A program made the translations under genes and the position numbers. Below the pieces are notes generated by a model that made no database searches, was not told the DNA's origin, and saw only the letters and a program-made list of their open reading frames with translations. This document shows, piece by piece, positions 58,039 to 64,000 of a stretch of DNA of 64,000 bases; the stretch's first letter is position 1; each line of letters begins with the position of its first letter. Source of the stretch: Gammaproteobacteria bacterium (GTDB lineage: Bacteria > Pseudomonadota > Gammaproteobacteria > Chromatiales > Chromatiaceae); contig JALORY010000001.1 in assembly GCA_025458675.1 (NCBI GenBank), forward strand, positions 11,565-75,564, written 5' to 3'.

Positions 58039-59042
58039 GCGACGAGCGCGCCGCCCCGGGCGAGGCCGGCCCCGCCGAGCCCACGCCGCGCAGCCTGCGC
58101 GGCAGCGCCGGACAGTGGCTCGCCGGCAGCGCCCTGCTGGCAGGCCTCGTCGGCGCGGTCCACTGGACGGTCGGCTGGCCGGCGCTGCTCGCGCCGTGGC
58201 GGGAGCTGCCGGCCACGCACCTCGCCGGGCTGCTCGCGCTCGCGGCGCTGAGCTACGTGCTGCGCGCGGTGCGGGCCCACGACGCGCTGCGCGCGCAGAC
58301 CGGCAGCCGCTTCCTCCCCATGCTGCGGGTGACCGTGCTGCACACCACCGCGAACAACCTCCTGCCCATGCGCCTCGGCGAGGCGGCCTTCCCGCTGCTC
58401 GTGCGCCGGTATTTCGGGCTGCGGCTGACCCGCGGGACGCTCGCGCTGGCCTGGATCCGCCTGATGGACCTGCACGTGCTGGCGCTGGTCGGGATCGTCG
58501 CCTGGCTGCTTTCGGCGGCGGACCGCCTGTTGCCGTCGATCGCCCTCGCTGCGGCGATCCTTGCCCTGCCGGCCGCCGTCCGCCTGCTGCCGATCGTGGC
58601 CCGGCGATTCACCGCGCGCGGGCTGGCCGGCCGCCTGCTGCGCGCGGTGCGCGACACCGGCCCGGCGGACGCCTTCGAGCTCGCCCGGCTCTACCTGTGG
58701 ACGGTGCTCAGCTGGGGCGCGAAGCTCGCGGCCTTCGCGGCGATCGTCGCGCACTTCCTGGACGCCCCGGCGGGAACCCTGCTCGCCGGGATCGTGGGCG
58801 CCGAGCTGAGCAGCGTACTGCCGTTCCACGGCGTGGCCGGCGCCGGCAGCTACGAGGCGGCGATGGTGGCGGCGCTCTACCCGCTGGGTGTGGCGCCGGC
58901 GGCGGCGCTCGGCGCCGCGGTGAACCTGCACCTCTTCCTGCTCGGCGTTACCCTACTCTCCAGCCTTGCCGCGCTCTTGATTCCCGTGCCGCCCGCCCGC
59001 GCGGCGGCCGATCCCGTTGCCGAGGACGCGAACCGTGCCTGA
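58035..59042 (+). CDS. UPF0104 / lysylphosphatidylglycerol-synthase-TM-like (flippase-like) membrane protein
   Basis: Inside ORF 57261..59042. ATGA overlap with purN. Polytopic, with ...NNLLPMRLGEAAFPLL... typical of the family. Confidence 0.7.
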   Translation: MSDERAAPGEAGPAEPTPRSLRGSAGQWLAGSALLAGLVGAVHWTVGWPALLAPWRELPATHLAGLLALAALSYVLRAVRAHDALRAQTGSRFLPMLRVTVLHTTANNLLPMRLGEAAFPLLVRRYFGLRLTRGTLALAWIRLMDLHVLALVGIVAWLLSAADRLLPSIALAAAILALPAAVRLLPIVARRFTARGLAGRLLRAVRDTGPADAFELARLYLWTVLSWGAKLAAFAAIVAHFLDAPAGTLLAGIVGAELSSVLPFHGVAGAGSYEAAMVAALYPLGVAPAAALGAAVNLHLFLLGVTLLSSLAALLIPVPPARAAADPVAEDANRA

Positions 59043-60042
59043 CCCCGCCAAGTCCCTGTCCGTGGTGATCCCGCTGTACGAGGAAGAGGACAACGTCGCC
59101 CCGCTCCTTGCGGCGGTCCACGCCGGTCTCGCCGACTACCCCGGTCCGTGGGAGCTCATCTGCGTCGACGACGGCAGCCGCGACGCCACCGGCCGGCGGC
59201 TCATCGAGGAGGCCGGGCGCTACGGGCGCCACGTGCGCGTCGTTCGCCTGCGCCGCAACTTCGGCCAGACCGCCGCGATGCAGGCGGGCATCGACGCCGC
59301 GCGCGGCGCGCTGATCGCGACGCTCGACGGCGACCTGCAGAACGATCCCGCGGACATCCCGCGCATGGTCCGGGAGCTCGAGGCGCGCGACCTCGACCTG
59401 CTGCAGGGCTGGCGCCGCCAGCGTCAGGACGAGTCCACCCGCAAGTTCTTCTCGCGCAGCGCCAACCGCCTGATCGGCCGGGTCACCGGCGTGAAGCTCC
59501 ACGACTACGGCTGCAGCCTCAAGATCTACCGCGCCGAGGTCATCAAGCAGGTGCGCCTGTTCGGCGAGATGCACCGCTTCATCCCCGTGTGGGTTGCCGG
59601 CGTGACGTCGCCGCAGCGCATCGGCGAGACCGAGGTGCATCATCGGGCCCGCGAGCGCGGCACCTCGAAGTACGGCCTGTCGCGCACCTTCCGGGTAATC
59701 CTCGACCTGCTCGCCGCGTTCTTCTTCCTGCGCTTCCGTGCCAGGCCCGGGCACTTCTTCGGCAGCTTCGGGCTCGTGCTCGGCGGCCTGGGCGGCCTGC
59801 TGCTCGTCTACCTCGCGGGGGTCAAGTTCATCGGCGGCGAGCACATCGGCCAGCGGCCGCTGCTGTTCGTCGCCATCCTGCTGTGCGTCGCCTCGCTGCA
59901 GTTCCTGACGACCGGCGTGCTGGCGGAGCTGCTGAGCCGGACCTTCTTCGAGTCGGCCGGGCGCGGGGTGCACACCGTGTGCTGGGAGCACGACCCGGAG
60001 CACGCGCAGTGGAAGGAGCCGCCGGCGGGCGCCGGGGCCTGA
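59035..60042 (+). CDS. Family 2 glycosyltransferase, ArnC/polyprenyl-phosphate glycosyltransferase-like
   Basis: ORF 59017..60042, where 59017 is TTG; a GTG at 59035 overlaps the upstream stop. LSVVIPLYEEEDN...VDDGSRD...LDGDLQNDP, plus two C-terminal TM helices. Confidence 0.85.
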   Translation: MPDPAKSLSVVIPLYEEEDNVAPLLAAVHAGLADYPGPWELICVDDGSRDATGRRLIEEAGRYGRHVRVVRLRRNFGQTAAMQAGIDAARGALIATLDGDLQNDPADIPRMVRELEARDLDLLQGWRRQRQDESTRKFFSRSANRLIGRVTGVKLHDYGCSLKIYRAEVIKQVRLFGEMHRFIPVWVAGVTSPQRIGETEVHHRARERGTSKYGLSRTFRVILDLLAAFFFLRFRARPGHFFGSFGLVLGGLGGLLLVYLAGVKFIGGEHIGQRPLLFVAILLCVASLQFLTTGVLAELLSRTFFESAGRGVHTVCWEHDPEHAQWKEPPAGAGA

Positions 60043-60085
60043 GCCCGTCGGTTGCTGCGAACGTCAGCCCGGGACGGGGCGCGGG

Positions 60086-60525
60086 TCAGGGCTTGGGGAG
60101 GGTGACGCCCTGCTGACCCTGGTACTTGCCGCCGCGGTCGCGGTACGAGGTCTCGCACGGCTCGTCCGACTCGAAGAACAGGATCTGCGCCACGCCCTCG
60201 TTCGCGTAGATCTTCGCGGGCAGCGGCGTCGTGTTGGAGAACTCGAGCGTGACGTGTCCCTCCCACTCCGGCTCGAGCGGCGTCACGTTGACGATGATGC
60301 CGCACCGGGCGTACGTCGACTTGCCCAGACAGATGGTCAGGACGTCGCGGGGAATGCGGAAGTACTCGACCGTGCGCGCGAGCGCGAAGGAGTTCGGCGG
60401 GATGATGCAGACGTCCGACTTCACGTCGACGAAGCTGTTCTGGTCGAAGTTCTTCGGGTCGACGATCGCCGAGTTGATGTTGGTGAAGATCTTGGGCGGA
60501 TCCACTTGTCGGACTTGATGCTCAT
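60086..60525 (-). pseudogene. dcd: dCTP deaminase with an internal out-of-frame deletion
   Basis: ATG at 60525 encodes the conserved [10 protein letters not shown], then runs into another frame and stops at 60421. A different frame (ORF 60086..60766) encodes [16 protein letters not shown]...[14 protein letters not shown]. The segment that normally lies between these two parts is missing. Confidence 0.7.
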
Positions 60526-60623
60526 GGGGCGGCCTCGCGGGGCGCGGTCGGTGCGGGCGGCATGGTACACCGCGCGGCGCGATCGGGGTGCGGGCAGCGC
60601 GCCGGGGCGTGGATAATCCCCCC

Positions 60624-62183
60624 ATGAACCGTGACCGCGCCTGGGACCTGATCGCCGTCGTCGCGCTCGCGCTGGCCTTCTGGTGGCAGCTCGGCGCACT
60701 GCCGCTGACCGACGTCGACGAAGGCGCGTTCAGCGAGGCAACCCGCGAGATGGTGGCGAGCGGCAACTACGTCTCGCCCAGGCTGGACGGCGAGCCGCGC
60801 CACGACAAGCCGATCCTCATCTACTGGCTGCAGGCCGGCGCCGTGCACGCGCTCGGCCTCTCGGAGCTCGCGCTCCGCCTGCCGTCCGCCCTCGCGGCGA
60901 CGCTCTGGGCCCTCGTCCTGTTCCGGTTCGTGCGCGTCCAGGCCGACCATGACACGGCGCGGGCCGCCGTCCTCGTGATGGTCCTCTCGGTCGCCGTCGG
61001 GCTGATCGCCAAGGCCGCGATCGCCGATGCCCTGCTGAACCTCTGGCTCGCCGCGGCCTTCTTCGACATCTGGCGGCACGCGCAGAGCCCCTCGCGCGCG
61101 ACCCTGCTGCGCGCCTACGTCTGGATGGGGCTCGGCTTCCTCACGAAGGGTCCGATCGCCGTCGCCCTCCCGGTGGCCGTCAGCCTCGCGTGGTTCGCGA
61201 GCGAGGGCCGGCTCCGCGACTGGCTGCGCGCCGCCTTCGCCCCCGCGGGCTGGCTCGTGTTCCTGGCCGTGGTGCTGCCGTGGCACGTCGCGGTGTACCT
61301 GGACCAGGGCAGCGCCTTCTTCGAGGGCTTCTACCTGCACCACAACGTCGGGCGCTACAGCGAGACCATGGAGGGCCACGGTGGCGCGCTCTGGTTCTAC
61401 GTCGTCTGGCTGCCCGTGATCCTGCTGCCCTACTCGGGACTGCTCGCGGTGGCGCTGGCGCGGCTGCGGGCCGACTGGGCCGACCCGCTGCGCCGCTACC
61501 TGTGGCTCTGGTTCGCGGTCGCGTTCGCGGTGTTCTCCCTGTCGAGCACACAGCTGCCGCACTACATGCTCTACGGGGCGACGCCGCTCTTCGTGCTGAT
61601 GGCGATGCACCGGGACGCGCTGCGCAGCCGTGTGCTCGCCTTCGGCCCGCCGCTGCTCGCGATGGCGCTGCTGCTGCTCGTGCCGGACGTCCTCGGCCTC
61701 GCGCAGACGCGCACGGCGCGACTCTACGACCGCGCGCTGATCGAGGCCGGCCTGCCGCTGTTCGACGCCGGCTACCGCGCGGCGATGGCGCTCGGCCTCG
61801 CCGCGATCGGCGCCGTGGCGCTGTGGCGGCGCGTGCCCCCCTTCGCCGGGCTCGTCACGAGCGGCTTCGTGCTCCTGATCGCGCTGTCCGGCTTCGTGGC
61901 GCCGCGGTACCTGTCGGTGGCGCAGGCGCCGGTCAGGGAGGCGGCCGCGGTCGCGCAGGCGAGCGGCGGGCCGGTGGTCGCTTACCGCGTCTACCTGTCG
62001 AGCTTCAGCGTCTACCGCCAGGCGCCGACGCTGCAGCGCGAGCCGCGGCCCGGCGATCTGGTGCTAACGCGCGTCGACCGGCTCGGCAGCCTCGAGCGCC
62101 TCCTCCCGGGCGTGCCGCACGAGATCCTCTTCCGGCGCGCCGGCGTCGTGCTGCTGCGCCTCGGCCCGGCGCCGTCCCCCTGA
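60624..62183 (+). CDS. ArnT/PMT-like GT-C glycosyltransferase (GT39/GT83-type)
   Basis: ORF 60588..62183, ATG at 60624. ...[16 protein letters not shown]...[12 protein letters not shown]... (DE/periplasmic loop 1 signature). Multi-TM. Confidence 0.82.
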   Translation: MNRDRAWDLIAVVALALAFWWQLGALPLTDVDEGAFSEATREMVASGNYVSPRLDGEPRHDKPILIYWLQAGAVHALGLSELALRLPSALAATLWALVLFRFVRVQADHDTARAAVLVMVLSVAVGLIAKAAIADALLNLWLAAAFFDIWRHAQSPSRATLLRAYVWMGLGFLTKGPIAVALPVAVSLAWFASEGRLRDWLRAAFAPAGWLVFLAVVLPWHVAVYLDQGSAFFEGFYLHHNVGRYSETMEGHGGALWFYVVWLPVILLPYSGLLAVALARLRADWADPLRRYLWLWFAVAFAVFSLSSTQLPHYMLYGATPLFVLMAMHRDALRSRVLAFGPPLLAMALLLLVPDVLGLAQTRTARLYDRALIEAGLPLFDAGYRAAMALGLAAIGAVALWRRVPPFAGLVTSGFVLLIALSGFVAPRYLSVAQAPVREAAAVAQASGGPVVAYRVYLSSFSVYRQAPTLQREPRPGDLVLTRVDRLGSLERLLPGVPHEILFRRAGVVLLRLGPAPSP

Positions 62184-62185
62184 GC

Positions 62186-63016
62186 ATGCACGGACTTCTG
62201 CTCGCCGTGCAGCGCGCTGCCGCTGCCGACGCCGCGACCGGCGCGCCGACGCGGGCGGTCGACTGGGCCATGGGGGTCGGCATCGGCGCCCTGGCCCTCG
62301 CCGGACTCGTCGTCTGGGCGGGAGGCGGACACCAGGCAGGCTTCGCCACGCTGAACGGCCTCGGCACCGCGCTGCCCGCGGCGTTCTGGCAGGGAGTCAC
62401 GCTGCTGGGCGACGGCGCGGCCGCGGCCTGCGTCCTGCTGCTGGTCGCCCGGCGTCACCCGCAGTGGCTCTGGGCCGCGGTGATCGCCACGGTCGTGGCG
62501 ACCCTCTACAGCCGCGGCCTCAAGGCGCTCCTCGACGTGCCGCGGCCACCGGCCGTGCTGCCCGAAGGCACGTACGCGCTCATCGGCCCGGCGCACCGGC
62601 GGAGCAGCTTCCCGTCCGGCCACACCCTGACCGCCTTCCTCGTGGCCGGCCTGCTCGCCGGCTACCGCCCGCGCTGGGCGCTCCCTGCGCTCGCGCTCGC
62701 GGCGCTCGCCGGCCTGAGCCGCGTCGCCGTCGGCGTGCACTGGCCGCTCGACGTGCTCGGCGGCGCCGCAGGCGGGCTGCTGGCGGCCTGGGTGGGCATG
62801 CACGTCGCCCGGCGCCGGCCCTGGGGCACCCGCCCGGTGCCCCACCTCGTGCTGGTGGCGGTGGCGACGACCGGCCCCCTCGTGCTGCTCTTCGACGACG
62901 GCGGCTACCCGGCCGGCGACTGGCTCCGGCTCCCGCTCGCGATCACCGCGCTCGCCGCCGCGGCGGCAGGCTACCTCGTCCCGCTCGCCCGCCGCCGCGC
63001 GCCGGGCGGTGCCTAG
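62186..63016 (+). CDS. PAP2-family membrane phosphatase (LpxE/LpxF-like candidate)
   Basis: Inside ORF 61190..63016. KALLDVPRP ... PSGH ... SRVAVGVHWPLD (the three PAP2 motifs). Confidence 0.85.
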   Translation: MHGLLLAVQRAAAADAATGAPTRAVDWAMGVGIGALALAGLVVWAGGGHQAGFATLNGLGTALPAAFWQGVTLLGDGAAAACVLLLVARRHPQWLWAAVIATVVATLYSRGLKALLDVPRPPAVLPEGTYALIGPAHRRSSFPSGHTLTAFLVAGLLAGYRPRWALPALALAALAGLSRVAVGVHWPLDVLGGAAGGLLAAWVGMHVARRRPWGTRPVPHLVLVAVATTGPLVLLFDDGGYPAGDWLRLPLAITALAAAAAGYLVPLARRRAPGGA

Positions 63017-64000
63017 GCCGCCGGCCTCCTGCGCCGCGCCACCGCGAGCGCCGCGAGGCCAAGACCGAGCAGGGCGAGGCTGGCCGGCTCCGGCACCCCG
63101 GGCGTCGGCGGCTCGGGCGGCAGGAAGCCCTTCACCACGACGATCTGGTTGGCGCCGCCGAAGGTCGAGAACAGGAAGTCGCCCGTGACCGGATCGATCG
63201 CGGCCCCCTCGGCGCCCGAAAGCCCGGTGATGAACGAGCGCCGCGTGTTGACGAGCGGGTTCCCGTCGGCATCCAGCTCGTACGCGCCGATGCTGCCGGC
63301 CGAGTACTCCGCGATCAGCATGCTGTCCACGTCGAACAACGCGTTGCTGTCGCTGATGAAGACGAAGCCCTCGGGGCCGCCCGGCACGTTCTGGGTGCCC
63401 GGCGCGACCGGATCGACGTCGACCTGCGTCACGCCGAGGAGGACGTAGGTGCCGCTGCCGTCCGGCGCCAGCGCGGCGTCGTACCACTGTCCGCCGGACC
63501 ACGAGACGAGCTTCACGCTCCCGGCGCCGGCAAAGCCCGACGGCACGAAACCGATCGCCGAGTTGGAGGACGCGGTCACGCCCGTCAGGTCGATGATCTT
63601 GTCCTCGTCGATGCTACCCGGCTTGGTCTGCCCCAGGCCATTCACCGGCCAGCGCGACGTGAAGAGCACGCCGCCCGGGCCGAAGACCACGCCCCCGTCG
63701 TTGTACTCGCCGATCGTGCCGCCGCGGAACGCCGACGCGGACCCCGAGAACCCGGTGATGTGCGAATCGGCGTCCCGCACCACGTCGATCTGGTAGATGC
63801 GTCCGGACGCAGTGTTCGCGCTGCCGCCGATGACGATCGTGTCGCTGTCGAGGAACGCCAGCCCGCCGTACGGCGTCGGCAGCCCCGGCACGGAGCCGAC
63901 GCTCGCCGCGCTGTACACGCCGGCGTAGAACGGATCGACCGTCAGCGCGCTGACCGGGGCGCTGGTGAGCGTCCCCGCCAGCAACGCGATTGAAACCCCG
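63013..64000 (-). CDS. PEP-CTERM-anchored exported protein; N-terminus beyond the window
   Basis: ORF 63013..63984. C-terminus is GVPEPASLALLGLGLAALAVARRRR (PEP-CTERM sorting signal). The reading frame stays open upstream of the TTG at 63984 to the window edge (..SIALLAGTLTSAPVSA looks like a signal peptide). Confidence 0.8.
   Translation of the reverse strand, partial: GVSIALLAGTLTSAPVSALTVDPFYAGVYSAASVGSVPGLPTPYGGLAFLDSDTIVIGGSANTASGRIYQIDVVRDADSHITGFSGSASAFRGGTIGEYNDGGVVFGPGGVLFTSRWPVNGLGQTKPGSIDEDKIIDLTGVTASSNSAIGFVPSGFAGAGSVKLVSWSGGQWYDAALAPDGSGTYVLLGVTQVDVDPVAPGTQNVPGGPEGFVFISDSNALFDVDSMLIAEYSAGSIGAYELDADGNPLVNTRRSFITGLSGAEGAAIDPVTGDFLFSTFGGANQIVVVKGFLPPEPPTPGVPEPASLALLGLGLAALAVARRRRPAA

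Noticed and set aside
60494-60505. A GGATCC (BamHI) site exactly at the dcd deletion junction, which might suggest an engineered deletion.
   Set aside because: The GGATCC arises from the conserved codons TGG ATC CGC (W-I-R) of the native Dcd N-terminus, so it does not indicate cloning. There is no vector or scar sequence.

Overview
Very GC-rich bacterial chromosomal segment, by eye about two thirds or more G+C. It is densely packed with about 60 protein-coding genes. I saw no rRNA, tRNA, CRISPR array, transposase or integrase. Synteny blocks (bamC-dapA-gcvR-bcp; wrbA-hda ... DUF2066/purM-purN; pstSCAB-phoU) point to a gammaproteobacterium. The lineage may be Chromatiales/Ectothiorhodospiraceae-like and sulfur-handling, but that is inference only. 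Many long Arg/Pro/Gly/Ala-rich ORFs in the six-frame track are antisense or out-of-frame artefacts of the high GC content. Several track ORFs begin at GTG/TTG upstream of the likely true start, so I trimmed starts where a conserved N-terminus or a Shine-Dalgarno (SD) sequence supported it. Main themes: (1) Phosphate-starvation biology. This includes pstSCAB-phoU with a good Pho box, and a CYTH-CHAD gene translationally coupled to an orphan ParA-type ATPase. It also includes a PhoX phosphatase with a Pho-box-like promoter, and a lipid-remodelling island (olsB-like, plcP-like, two GT4 glycosyltransferases, PSD-like plus methyltransferase). A PIN-PhoH protein is also present. (2) Sulfur trafficking and redox. 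This includes rhodanese-tusA-dsrE3-like divergent from cysG, and an atm1-like exporter with a sensor-less NarX/NarQ-like kinase, a NarL-type regulator and a rhodanese. It also includes oxyR next to rubrerythrin / HdrD-like Fe-S protein / DUF3501, with an OxyR-type operator. (3) c-di-GMP signalling. This includes a REC-REC-degenerate GGDEF-EAL protein, a LapD-like protein and a PilZ-like protein. (4) An envelope glycolipid-modification cluster (flippase-like, ArnC-like GT2, ArnT-like GT-C, PAP2). It is interrupted by a dcd gene that carries an internal out-of-frame deletion. My best candidate for an undescribed system is the CHAD-ParA pair at the tail of the pst-phoU operon, which could be a polyphosphate-granule positioning module. 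All functional calls come from reading the translations and recalling family motifs. No database search was run.
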